Translations under genes and position numbers: made by a program
Shown: positions 25,686-34,439 of the stretch, piece by piece
Position numbering within the stretch: the first letter of the stretch is position 1
Layout of the letters: every line of letters starts with the position of its first letter
The notes under the pieces: model-generated
The model's input: the letters and a program-made list of their open reading frames with translations, nothing else
Told to the model about the DNA's origin: nothing
The model's database searches: none
Assembly (NCBI GenBank): GCA_016217975.1
Contig: JACRFH010000028.1
Location: 1 to 61,674 of the forward strand
DNA length: 61,674 nt
Origin: Candidatus Kaiserbacteria bacterium
Lineage (GTDB): Bacteria; Patescibacteriota; Minisyncoccia; Phycocordibacterales; UBA2100
Direction of reading: 5' to 3'

Positions 25686-27125
25686 TCATCCAGGCGAAAT
25701 GATAGAAATCCAGCCATTCCCACTTACGTCATTTGATCCGACATAGAGCGTGTTCCCTTCGCAATCCATTGATGTAGCACTTGAGGGTAATGTAGTTGAT
25801 GCTATCGCGGTAAAACTATTGTCCGCATTCCTATGCAAAACGATAAACTTTGTCTTACTCGCAATAAACGCAAAATCGTCGCGAATTCGTAGTCCATAGA
25901 TGCTTGTCTGATTGTTCGTGCCTATATCAAAACTACTTTGCGCGGAGATACTCGTCGGATCTGAGACATCAAGAACATACAATTCATTCGTTCCGAACGA
26001 TCTGCCTAGATAGATACTATCTCCGACAAGATATAACCTTTCGCCATAATTAGATCCTACGCCTGGTGGATATGGTGACGTATAACCTCCCAAGTACGAT
26101 GGATGCATGGGATCGATGACATCGAGCACTGCCATATTTTCAGAACCTGGACTTGCTATATATGCATGTCTATCTCGTACGATAATCGAGTTCGCGTCAT
26201 GCCCGAGTGAATATCCACCTTTCCAGACGGGACTTGCAGGTGAGTGTACATCAATGATTTGCAACTCCTGAGCAGCTTCCGACGTGAGGCCCAAATAAAC
26301 ATATCCATCATGGTAGCTGATGGCATTCCCGTCTCCACCTCCAGTCGTCGTCGTCGAAACCATGCTGATAGTGCCATCCGTGACATCCATTATCTGAAAC
26401 TGTGGCGTGTGCGTGAGAGATGAATTTTTACTCGCAAGATATGCGTATCGCTTATGCGCGAGAAAATCATCAGCGACGCGCAAAGCAGTTGGTCCGAGCG
26501 TCGCAGATGCCTTATTGCTGAAATTCGTATCAATAACCGGATGACTGGGAATCGAGGCATCGATGATGAAAAGCACTGGGTCTGTTTTATATGATCGTCG
26601 ATCCGAGGTGACGTATACTTTTCCCTTATATGCGTCAACGTCACTTATCGAGAACAGACTTGTCGTGCCCAGAAGCGATGAAATTGTGCTACTGGCAATC
26701 CTCGGATTCGACCAATCTCCCGATGGCGTGGAGTCACATGTATCCGGCGAATTCACGTTCTCGATATTCGTCACAAGCGTCATATAGCTCGTGGCAATCG
26801 CCGGATTTTCTGTCATGGTGACACGCGTCGTCACGAGCTTGGTTACGAAATCTGGCTGGAGCGTCACGGAAACAGATTTCGTGTAGTCACTGATTGTTGA
26901 GGTCGGATTAACCAGATTAAAATCCTTGCGAGCAAGCGATTGCACCTCTTCGATAAGCGTCCTTGCACCGGAAACCACCTCTGCGCTCTGCACCGAACTC
27001 GTGAGCGACGTCTGATTTCCAAACGCTGCGATCTCGACGGCCGTGATCATCATCACCCCAATTGCCATCGCAATGACAATCTCGATGATCGAGAAACCGT
27101 GATCAGTCACAAACACCTCCAACAT
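25686..27125 (-). CDS. Prepilin-type N-terminus fused to an LVIVD-like beta-propeller (candidate pilus tip or adhesin subunit)
   Basis: MLEVFVTDHG-FSIIEIVIAMAIG is a class III signal. Repeats follow: LFIIDASIPSHP, FQIMDVTDGT, LQIIDVHSPASP, MAVLDVIDPMHP, LYVLDVSDPTS. An alternative start at 27158 would overlap the pilin gene. Confidence 0.7.
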   Translation of the reverse strand: MLEVFVTDHGFSIIEIVIAMAIGVMMITAVEIAAFGNQTSLTSSVQSAEVVSGARTLIEEVQSLARKDFNLVNPTSTISDYTKSVSVTLQPDFVTKLVTTRVTMTENPAIATSYMTLVTNIENVNSPDTCDSTPSGDWSNPRIASSTISSLLGTTSLFSISDVDAYKGKVYVTSDRRSYKTDPVLFIIDASIPSHPVIDTNFSNKASATLGPTALRVADDFLAHKRYAYLASKNSSLTHTPQFQIMDVTDGTISMVSTTTTGGGDGNAISYHDGYVYLGLTSEAAQELQIIDVHSPASPVWKGGYSLGHDANSIIVRDRHAYIASPGSENMAVLDVIDPMHPSYLGGYTSPYPPGVGSNYGERLYLVGDSIYLGRSFGTNELYVLDVSDPTSISAQSSFDIGTNNQTSIYGLRIRDDFAFIASKTKFIVLHRNADNSFTAIASTTLPSSATSMDCEGNTLYVGSNDVSGNGWISIISPG

Positions 27126-27135
27126 CGTTTTCTTG

Positions 27136-27594
27136 TTAGCGTGACAAACAGTACGCACTTGAAATGCCTAATGCAGATTCCTTATATCCCTCCGAGCAAA
27201 CCAAATACCTGCCAAGCGACGAACTAAACGAAACGGTATACCCTGTGTCAGCTAGAGTCCCAGTGCTTGGATCCATGGGGAGCGATGCGGGGATGTATGT
27301 TGGCACGAGGCACGAAGCGAGATCGGCTCCGGATGTACCGATCGTGGAGGTTGAAACACCAATCGTGATAGTGCCGCACTTGAATAAACCTTTATTGTCG
27401 ACAGTGTTTTGACCTATTGCATTCAGAAGCGTATTGATATTCGATTCACGTTGAGAGTTGCGAGCTTGAGCAAACTGTCTCGCCGGGTTGATGGCGATGA
27501 GCACGATTGCTGCAAGAATCGCAATAAGACCGATAACAACCAAAATCTCGATGAGCGTAAATGCTCGTTCTTTCTTTTTACCAACATTGAACAT
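27136..27594 (-). CDS. Type IV pilin (probable major subunit)
   Basis: MFNVGKKKERA-FTLIEILVVIGLIAILAAIV, 152 aa, with a Cys pair in the C-terminal domain. Confidence 0.8.
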   Translation of the reverse strand: MFNVGKKKERAFTLIEILVVIGLIAILAAIVLIAINPARQFAQARNSQRESNINTLLNAIGQNTVDNKGLFKCGTITIGVSTSTIGTSGADLASCLVPTYIPASLPMDPSTGTLADTGYTVSFSSSLGRYLVCSEGYKESALGISSAYCLSR

Positions 27595-27687
27595 ACTTGT
27601 AGGAAGATGTTAGTTGACCCCAATAATTACGAGATTTATACCGTGCAGGATTCCCATGCACAACAAGCCCTAGGGGACAACTTTCTG

Positions 27688-27716
27688 TTGACAATGTATC
27701 CTATATGGGATACAAT
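27688..27716 (+). promoter_or_regulatory. Near-consensus sigma70-type promoter with an embedded palindromic operator, upstream of the DinJ-YafQ pair
   Basis: TTGACA (27688..27693), a 17-nt spacer, then TACAAT (27711..27716). The spacer carries the inverted repeat TGTATCC-n6-GGATACA (27695..27714). Confidence 0.6.
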
Positions 27717-27728
27717 TGATATATAAGT

Positions 27729-28013
27729 ATTTCAACCAACAAAAGTGCCTATATTCGTGCGCGCGTTCGACCACAGATCAAGAAGGATGCCGAGCGCGTC
27801 TTGGATCGCCTTGGTATGAGTACGACCGATGCGGTCTCGGTATTTTTGCGCCAGATATATCTGCAGGACGGTCTTCCATTCGACGTTAAGATCCCGAACG
27901 AGGAAACGCAATCGGCTTTCCGTGAAGATCTCTCGAAAGCGAAAAGGTACACCGATGTCAATAAGATGTTCGATGATATTCTTGGTAAAAATTGGAGAAA
28001 GAAGCGATCATAG
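27729..28013 (+). CDS. dinJ: DinJ/RelB-family antitoxin (start codon uncertain)
   Basis: YIRARVRPQIKKDAERVLDRLGMSTTDAVSVFLRQIYLQDGLPFDV aligns with the DinJ pattern. There is no in-frame ATG, GTG or TTG between the TGA at 27717 and the TTG at 27801. Confidence 0.65.
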   Translation: MSTNKSAYIRARVRPQIKKDAERVLDRLGMSTTDAVSVFLRQIYLQDGLPFDVKIPNEETQSAFREDLSKAKRYTDVNKMFDDILGKNWRKKRS

Positions 28014-28019
28014 CCCCAC

Positions 28020-28289
28020 ATGTGGACCGTCATCCATACAAAACGGTTCGCGAAAGGCCTCGCCACGATGCAGAAGCGCGGCAACGATATTGCAAGTGCA
28101 GAGCGAGCAATCGCGTACATGCAAAAGCACGGACAGGCGGAATCGCGCGCGCATCCGCATAAACTCACGGGGGTTTGGGAAGGCTATTGGGAATCTCATA
28201 TCGGTTTCGATTGGCTCTTGATATACACCATAACCAGCAAGACCATAACTCTCTGGCGCACCGGCACCCACGAAGATCTTTTCGGATAG
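28020..28289 (+). CDS. yafQ: YafQ-family type II toxin (mRNA interferase)
   Basis: HPHKLTGVWEGYWESHIGFDWLLIYTI...LWRTGTHEDLFG closely follows the YafQ consensus. Confidence 0.85.
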   Translation: MWTVIHTKRFAKGLATMQKRGNDIASAERAIAYMQKHGQAESRAHPHKLTGVWEGYWESHIGFDWLLIYTITSKTITLWRTGTHEDLFG

Positions 28290-28305
28290 ACTTTGTACCC
28301 GATGA

Positions 28306-28755
28306 CTACGGGACAACGCAGGACGGTCCAGAATATGTGGGTATTTCTTGATACCCGCCGGAAAAGTCCCCTGACGTCGTATCAATGTAAGCTACGAGAT
28401 TGGTATATGCACCGTTGTAGGTAGCACGCGTTTGCATCATCGCCGTGGTGCCGGTAATTACGACACTACAGATCTTACAAACCTTTTGCACACCACTCCC
28501 GCCGCATGTACCACCCACGCTCACACACTCTCCCCCGGAGATCGGCGTGTAGGTAGAGTTTTGCGCGATCTTGAGCGCTGCTGCTTGCATGCATCCTTCC
28601 GCAAGTACCTCGCTCATCTTTTTGTTTTCGGCGTCCAAAATGCCATACCGAGCATAAAATGTCGAGACGCCAAGAGTAAAGACAAAAATCGAGAGTATGG
28701 CACCAATGATAATCACCGACATGAGTGCAATAAATCCTCGAGTGTCATCTTTCAT
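28306..28755 (-). CDS. Pilus minor-subunit-like protein (PilX-like hydrophobic N-terminus, no Glu5)
   Basis: MKDDTRG-FIALMSVIIIGAILSIF, with Cys-rich C-terminal domain. Sits in the pilin operon. Confidence 0.5.
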   Translation of the reverse strand: MKDDTRGFIALMSVIIIGAILSIFVFTLGVSTFYARYGILDAENKKMSEVLAEGCMQAAALKIAQNSTYTPISGGECVSVGGTCGGSGVQKVCKICSVVITGTTAMMQTRATYNGAYTNLVAYIDTTSGDFSGGYQEIPTYSGPSCVVP

Positions 28756-28756
28756 A

Positions 28757-29263
28757 TCACAGGTATAGGTAGCGCGTCGTCGACGCGGTTTGTGAAATTA
28801 TCATGCCATTGGAAGTCGTTGCGCTGATGATAAATCCAACTTCTAAACGCGCTTGCGTGCGTATGAAAACGAGATTGCTAATACGTACGTTGGAATTATT
28901 GAGTGTCTCTGCAGATGCACACGTCACGCCTCCCACCGAGAGTCGCATGTCGCTCCCAGCGAGGCAGATCTGTACGGGATTTCCTTCAGACGCGTCTCGC
29001 ATTGTGACGGAAAGTCGTGCAGCACTTGGCACAGCAACCGATTCTGCGCCGTCGAGCGCCCAATTAATCTTACTCGCAAGAAAATCCTGTTCGAGCTGCA
29101 TCATGGCTTTTGTTTGATTACGACCCCCAGACTCAAAAAACGCATACGCGGATGCGAGGAGGCCGCCGATCACAATTGTGAAGAGCGCAAGATACACGAG
29201 CGTCTCGATAAGAGTGATACCTGCCGAGTATCTGGATGTCATATCAATAGTTAATTCGTCCAA
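28757..29263 (-). CDS. Prepilin-type minor pilin
   Basis: RYSAG-ITLIETLVYLALFTIVIGG is a class III signal. Confidence 0.7.
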   Translation of the reverse strand: MDELTIDMTSRYSAGITLIETLVYLALFTIVIGGLLASAYAFFESGGRNQTKAMMQLEQDFLASKINWALDGAESVAVPSAARLSVTMRDASEGNPVQICLAGSDMRLSVGGVTCASAETLNNSNVRISNLVFIRTQARLEVGFIISATTSNGMIISQTASTTRYLYL

Positions 29264-29745
29264 CTGATCTGGCCCAAAGGGCTCACGGTGATCTCCGATG
29301 TCTTGCTCTCACCCGAAAGTGTGATCGTGATCGGGCCCGACGTCGTTGCAGAGAGCTGCGTAAATATGAAGTCGCCGTTAAATGAATGAGTGACATTTAC
29401 ATCCGTCTCGAACGAAGAATTCATCTCGTCCCCCGCATCGTATACAGCGCCCTGAAAGAGAATATATTTGTCGGGCTGAATATGGACACCGTGCGGTTTG
29501 CCATCTTCGCAATCGCTTCCATAACATAGATTATTGATCGCCTGCGCGCGAGCGCGCTGGAGAAGCGCAAGCAAGAGATCCCGATCCGAATGATATGTGG
29601 CACCTCGATATGATTCCATGCTCACAAGCAGCCCAAAACTGCTTATAATCACAAACATTCCCATCACGAGGAGCACTTCGATCAGAGTGAACCCATTCCC
29701 CATATATGGACATGGCATGTCCATAAATTGCTTGGAACGAGACAT
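29251..29745 (-). CDS. Prepilin-type minor pilin (GspH/FimT-like)
   Basis: YMGNG-FTLIEVLLVMGMFVII is a class III signal. Confidence 0.7.
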   Translation of the reverse strand: MSRSKQFMDMPCPYMGNGFTLIEVLLVMGMFVIISSFGLLVSMESYRGATYHSDRDLLLALLQRARAQAINNLCYGSDCEDGKPHGVHIQPDKYILFQGAVYDAGDEMNSSFETDVNVTHSFNGDFIFTQLSATTSGPITITLSGESKTSEITVSPLGQISWTN

Positions 29746-29747
29746 AC

Positions 29748-30830
29748 CTAGCGGGGGTTGAGATTGGACGTAATGGAATAGATCGGGGTGATGATTGATA
29801 TTGCGATAAACCCGACAATCAGCCCCATCACGATCATGAGGATTGGCTCCAGAAGTGTGGTGAGATTTTTCGTGAGATCGCTTATCTCGTCTTCGTACAT
29901 GAGCGAGAGATATGAAAGCGTACCGGCAAGATCTCCGGTCGACTCGCCTACCGAGATCATCTGCGCCATGATTACCGGAAAGAGTTTTGTATTGCCTTTG
30001 AATTGCATTGAAAATCTCTGACCCTTCATCATGCGCTCTTTGACGGCTAGTAATTGCGCACGGTAGACAAGATTTTTAGTCGAGGCGGCGACAAGCTCGA
30101 GTGCCTCCACAATGCGCGTATCGCTTTTGAGAAGGAGCGACATCGTGCGACAGATATTCGTGAGATTATACGTACGAGACAGCTTCCCCAAAATCGGTAT
30201 GCGCAAAAGCGCGTGATCAAGCAGCAGATGAAATCCAGTAGAGTATCGCATGAGTACAATGGTGAACATGACAAGCGCTGCGAGTCCCGCAATAAGATAC
30301 AGTCCAAAATGACTAAGAAATTTGCTAATCGCAATAAGCGCGCGGGTAGAGAATGGAAGCGTCGAGTGTACGCTTTGGAAAACCGGGATAATCTTCGGAA
30401 AGATAAATACCGTGAGCATGATTGTGATGCCAAACGTGCATGCAACGATAAGTGCCGGGTAGATGAGCGCGCCGTATACCTGTCTGCGGAGCGCTTGTTT
30501 CTTTTTAAGTTCTTGCGAAAGATATTCGAGATTTTCGTGCAAGGTGCCGCTCGTTTCCCCTACACGAATAATCTGAATTGAAAATTCACCAAACGCCCTT
30601 CTGAACTTCGAGACTGCCTCAGAAAGTCCCTTCCCGTGTGAGACGTCAGTAATCAGGCTCTCAAATATAAAGATAGACGAGCGGGTACGCGCTTCGTCTT
30701 TGAGCATCGCGAGAGCCTGCATGATCGGCATACCGCTTTTCAGGATCATGGCGAGACGTTTGGTGAAGAGAATCTGATCTTGATTGGAAAATCGCAGTAT
30801 TCTTGGTTTCTTTTTTTGCATCTTTTTCAT
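29748..30830 (-). CDS. pilC: Type IV pilus platform protein PilC (GspF family)
   Basis: 360 aa with two GspF-type repeats and three hydrophobic helices. Its start overlaps the pilB stop by 4 nt. Confidence 0.85.
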   Translation of the reverse strand: MKKMQKKKPRILRFSNQDQILFTKRLAMILKSGMPIMQALAMLKDEARTRSSIFIFESLITDVSHGKGLSEAVSKFRRAFGEFSIQIIRVGETSGTLHENLEYLSQELKKKQALRRQVYGALIYPALIVACTFGITIMLTVFIFPKIIPVFQSVHSTLPFSTRALIAISKFLSHFGLYLIAGLAALVMFTIVLMRYSTGFHLLLDHALLRIPILGKLSRTYNLTNICRTMSLLLKSDTRIVEALELVAASTKNLVYRAQLLAVKERMMKGQRFSMQFKGNTKLFPVIMAQMISVGESTGDLAGTLSYLSLMYEDEISDLTKNLTTLLEPILMIVMGLIVGFIAISIITPIYSITSNLNPR

Positions 30831-32065
30831 TCGTGCCGCATACGGAGCACCTCTTCAATCGTTGTGTCCCCTCGCGCCGCTTTCCCAAAACCATCTTCGA
30901 TCATCGGCACCATTCCTTTCGTGCGAGCGCAGACGCGAAGCTCGTTCGCCGAAGCCTTCCCCACTATTGCCTCGCGGAGCGTGTCATCGATTTCAAGTAC
31001 CTCATGAATGCCGACACGTCCTCGATAGCCGGTACCATTACATGCGTCGCATCCTGCGCCGCAATAGTATGTCGCGTCGGTTACAATGTTCTCCCGAGGT
31101 AGTATCTCGGAGATACTCGCACGTTCTGCATCGCGGACGACACGCTCGCGTTTGCAATCGCGGCAGATACGACGAACGAGCCGCTGCGCAATCGCAAGGT
31201 TCACCGTGGAGGCAATCAAATATGGTTCGACCTTCATATCGAGAAGCCGCGGTAGAGTCGTCGGTGCGTCACTTGTGTGTAAGGTCGAGAGGAGAAGATG
31301 GCCGGTGAGCGCGGTATTCACTGCCAGTCCAGCGGTCTCTACATCCCGAATTTCTCCAACCATAATAATATTCGGATCTTGCCGCAGCAGGCTTCGAAGC
31401 CCACTGCCAAACGTTAGGCCGCTCCGCGTATTAACCTGAATCTGATTGATCCCCGGTATCGAATATTCTATCGGATCTTCTATGGTGATAATCGATATGC
31501 CAGGGACGTTGAGCATTTTTACGATCGTATACAAAGTCGTGGTCTTCCCGCTTCCCGTCGGCCCTGTCGCAAGGATCATGCCATGCGGCATATGGGCGGC
31601 GCGAACGATTTTCGCATAATTTTCTGGCGTAAAATCGAGCGTGTCGAGCGTGAATTCTGCCGCGTGATCCGAGAGTAACCGCAGGACGGCGTTCTCGCCA
31701 TAGTACGTCGGCATAATGGAGACGCGGACATCAACGCTTCCCCCTATGTCGAGTGCGAGTCGGAAACGTCCATCTTGCGCTGCGTTATGTTCGTCGGTAC
31801 GCAAGCCCGAAAGAATCTTCACGCGCGCGATCGCCTCAAGATGGGTTGATAGAATCATCTCGTGAATATCCTGGAGCACACCGTCGATCCTGAATCGAAC
31901 CATCACACTACTTCCTCGCGGATCAAGGTGGATATCACTTGCGCGCGAAGCGTAGGCATCGCTGACTAAGACCTCGACGAGCCTGATGATTGACACGTCA
32001 CCTTTCGAAAGCTCTCTTTTCACCTGCCATCCTGTGCCGGCCGACAGATTGATGACGGGCATCAT
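30827..32065 (-). CDS. pilB: Type IV pilus assembly ATPase (GspE/PilB family, short form)
   Basis: Walker A GPTGSGKTTT, Walker B IMVGEIRD, His box TGHLLLSTLHT, and tetracysteine CRDC...CDAC. At 412 aa it lacks a long N-terminal domain. Confidence 0.92.
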   Translation of the reverse strand: MMPVINLSAGTGWQVKRELSKGDVSIIRLVEVLVSDAYASRASDIHLDPRGSSVMVRFRIDGVLQDIHEMILSTHLEAIARVKILSGLRTDEHNAAQDGRFRLALDIGGSVDVRVSIMPTYYGENAVLRLLSDHAAEFTLDTLDFTPENYAKIVRAAHMPHGMILATGPTGSGKTTTLYTIVKMLNVPGISIITIEDPIEYSIPGINQIQVNTRSGLTFGSGLRSLLRQDPNIIMVGEIRDVETAGLAVNTALTGHLLLSTLHTSDAPTTLPRLLDMKVEPYLIASTVNLAIAQRLVRRICRDCKRERVVRDAERASISEILPRENIVTDATYYCGAGCDACNGTGYRGRVGIHEVLEIDDTLREAIVGKASANELRVCARTKGMVPMIEDGFGKAARGDTTIEEVLRMRHE

Positions 32066-32259
32066 GCAACGCTTCGGCGATAATTAATGATGTAGCGGCA
32101 GATCATAGCTGCCATGAGGATGAAATAGGTAGCGGTGAGCGCGAGGAAACAAACTGCGATCCAATAATTTCCGGAGTGGAGAAGCAAATATCCGGCGTAG
32201 ACGCCGAGAGGCGAAATAGATGTTCCGAGTCCTACCGTGCCGCCATTGAAGTTAAGCAT
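32062..32259 (-). CDS. Small two-helix membrane protein (hypothetical)
   Basis: 65 aa. Its stop overlaps the pilB start by 4 nt, and it lies 12 nt after the GT2 stop. Confidence 0.35.
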   Translation of the reverse strand: MLNFNGGTVGLGTSISPLGVYAGYLLLHSGNYWIAVCFLALTATYFILMAAMICRYIINYRRSVA

Positions 32260-32271
32260 GATCGTATGATG

Positions 32272-33642
32272 TTATCGTACCCTTGTCCCCCACGCGCCTT
32301 CAGTATATCCGCATATGCGGAATATGTGCCGCCCCGTGTCGAACAATCCGTGGATCTTGCGGAACCGCGTTTTTTTGACAGTATGACGCACGCCATTGAA
32401 TACAAGAAATACGTACGACCCCAAAAGCGCAAACGTCATCGCGTATCCATACACGAATTCCGGAATGAGACTCAAGCGCAAGAGCCAATCATATCCATCG
32501 CGTTCTTCGTAGAGGCGCATGAGCCAAATCTGAAAGATATACCACACCGCGAGTTGCACAAACGATAGTGTAATTATGAGTCGCGACACCGTAGGAGGAA
32601 CAAAGCCGCCGCCACGAGCAAAGAAAAGAAGATACGCAACCATGGCGAGCGTGGCAAGAAACACGGTATGCCCCATGATGTCCTGAAATATCGATGAGAG
32701 CCTCTTTGCCCGGGCAACGACCGTGATGCCGCCGTACGACCAGCGCGTCCTCTGCCGCCAAAATCGCGATAGACGTTCGGGGACCATCGTCCACGCGGGC
32801 GCATGCCTGGCGGATTTCACACTCCAGCCTTTCGCTTTGAGGCGCGTCGTTACTTCATAATCTTCGATGAGATGACCTTCTCTGAATCCGCCTACTTCCT
32901 TTAAGGCGTTCGCGCGAAAGGCGGTGAGCATGCCGTGCATCACCAGGGGGCCGTTTAGAAATCCCTCATCGGCAAGACGTATGGCATTGAAGCCGACGTA
33001 TTCCAATCCTTGGAGGCGCGTGAGAAGATTCTTGTTCTTGTTCAAGACGCGACATTGCGAACACACGGCACCGAGGCACGCACAACTCATAAGCTCGCCC
33101 GCGAGATTTGAGATCGTCGCTCTCTCTATCACCACATCATCATCGAGCGTGAGGATAACATCGGGTACATACGTCGTATCGCTCCAGATGTGTGAGAGGG
33201 CGACGTTCAAGGCTCCGGCCTTGAGTTTGTTTGCGGGTGTGCGCACGACGCGGATCTTGTCGGAAATCAAGATGACGTCCTCAAGAATTTTCATGCAATC
33301 GAGGTACTGGCGCGGTGTCGAGTCATCGACTATATAGATGTATATGCCGGGATTCCACCGCACAAGATCCGCTGCCAACCGATAGGTCAATGGACCCGGC
33401 GCATACGTTGGAATGACTGCGCAGACATTCGTTTGCGCAATCTTGAGTGGCTCGCGTGCATGCACATGCGGCACCACAAAACTTCGCACGTCCCTTACAG
33501 TTTTTCCTGCATTTTTTCTGAACCGTGAAAATGGATATACCATGGCGCTTGACTGCGCTGGTTCCCCTAACACAAGTAAGTATATCGCGCCGCGACCATT
33601 GACATGCGTGCATATTGATAGGGTGTTGATATCGTCAACCAC
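32272..33642 (-). CDS. Processive family-2 glycosyltransferase (cellulose/chitin/hyaluronan-synthase-like)
   Basis: IVDDSTP, TLDDD and the QRTRW (QxxRW) motif, followed by C-terminal transmembrane helices. Confidence 0.8.
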   Translation of the reverse strand: MVDDINTLSICTHVNGRGAIYLLVLGEPAQSSAMVYPFSRFRKNAGKTVRDVRSFVVPHVHAREPLKIAQTNVCAVIPTYAPGPLTYRLAADLVRWNPGIYIYIVDDSTPRQYLDCMKILEDVILISDKIRVVRTPANKLKAGALNVALSHIWSDTTYVPDVILTLDDDVVIERATISNLAGELMSCACLGAVCSQCRVLNKNKNLLTRLQGLEYVGFNAIRLADEGFLNGPLVMHGMLTAFRANALKEVGGFREGHLIEDYEVTTRLKAKGWSVKSARHAPAWTMVPERLSRFWRQRTRWSYGGITVVARAKRLSSIFQDIMGHTVFLATLAMVAYLLFFARGGGFVPPTVSRLIITLSFVQLAVWYIFQIWLMRLYEERDGYDWLLRLSLIPEFVYGYAMTFALLGSYVFLVFNGVRHTVKKTRFRKIHGLFDTGRHIFRICGYTEGAWGTRVR

Positions 33643-33689
33643 GAGACCTTTGTCGGATGGCGATATTCACAACCAAAACCTACAGTTAG

Positions 33690-33717
33690 TTGACTTTTCG
33701 TGCCTAGTCTGTACTAT
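33690..33717 (+). promoter_or_regulatory. Candidate sigma70-type promoter for the NYN-domain gene
   Basis: TTGACT (33690..33695), a 16-nt spacer, then TACTAT (33712..33717), 85 nt upstream of the start at 33803. Confidence 0.35.
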
Positions 33718-33802
33718 CTTAGGCATAACTCCTGTTGCTTCGGTGGCAGGACGCGAAGCCGCACTTTGTTGCGGCTTCTGCATTTCTCGATATGCTATGT
33801 GA

Positions 33803-34420
33803 GTGAAAACCTACGTCTACATCGATGGTTTTAATCTGTTCTATGGCGCACTCAAGAAAAGCCCGTATAAATGGCTTGATATTTCAAAGCTCTGCGCATA
33901 TTTGTTGCAAGGGCATCAGATTGAAACTATTAAATATTTCACTGCGCCCATGAAAATTCGCGATGGAGAAGACCACGACAAATCGAATCGCCAACAGATA
34001 TATCTACGCGCACTCCGGACGCTCCCCAATGTTGAGATTGTCGAGGGCTTCTTTCTAACCCACAAAGTAACAATGAAACGAGCAGACGGTCGAGGATTTG
34101 TGGATGTAATCAAGACTGAAGAAAAAGGAACCGACGTAAAACTCGCCGCGCATTTACTTCACGACGGACATAGGGATGAATATGAAATGGCCGCAGTAAT
34201 CTCGAACGATGCCGACCTCGCGGAACCAATACGCATGGTCGTAGAGGATTTGAAGCGGCCCGTCGTTGTAATAAGTCCGTTCAAGAAAAACACGCTGGCT
34301 CTCGCCAAAGTTGCCAGCTCACGAAGAAAAATCCGCAAAGGCGTCTTGAGTATTTCGCAATTTCCCGATGAACTCGCGGATGAAATCGGGACATTCAAGA
34401 AACCCGAGGCATGGTCTTAA
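33803..34420 (+). CDS. NYN-domain (LabA/PIN-like) protein
   Basis: VYIDGFNLFYGA, EEKGTDVKLAAHLL and VISNDADL motifs. Confidence 0.8.
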   Translation: MKTYVYIDGFNLFYGALKKSPYKWLDISKLCAYLLQGHQIETIKYFTAPMKIRDGEDHDKSNRQQIYLRALRTLPNVEIVEGFFLTHKVTMKRADGRGFVDVIKTEEKGTDVKLAAHLLHDGHRDEYEMAAVISNDADLAEPIRMVVEDLKRPVVVISPFKKNTLALAKVASSRRKIRKGVLSISQFPDELADEIGTFKKPEAWS

Positions 34421-34439
34421 TCAGGTCTTCCCAGAGATC

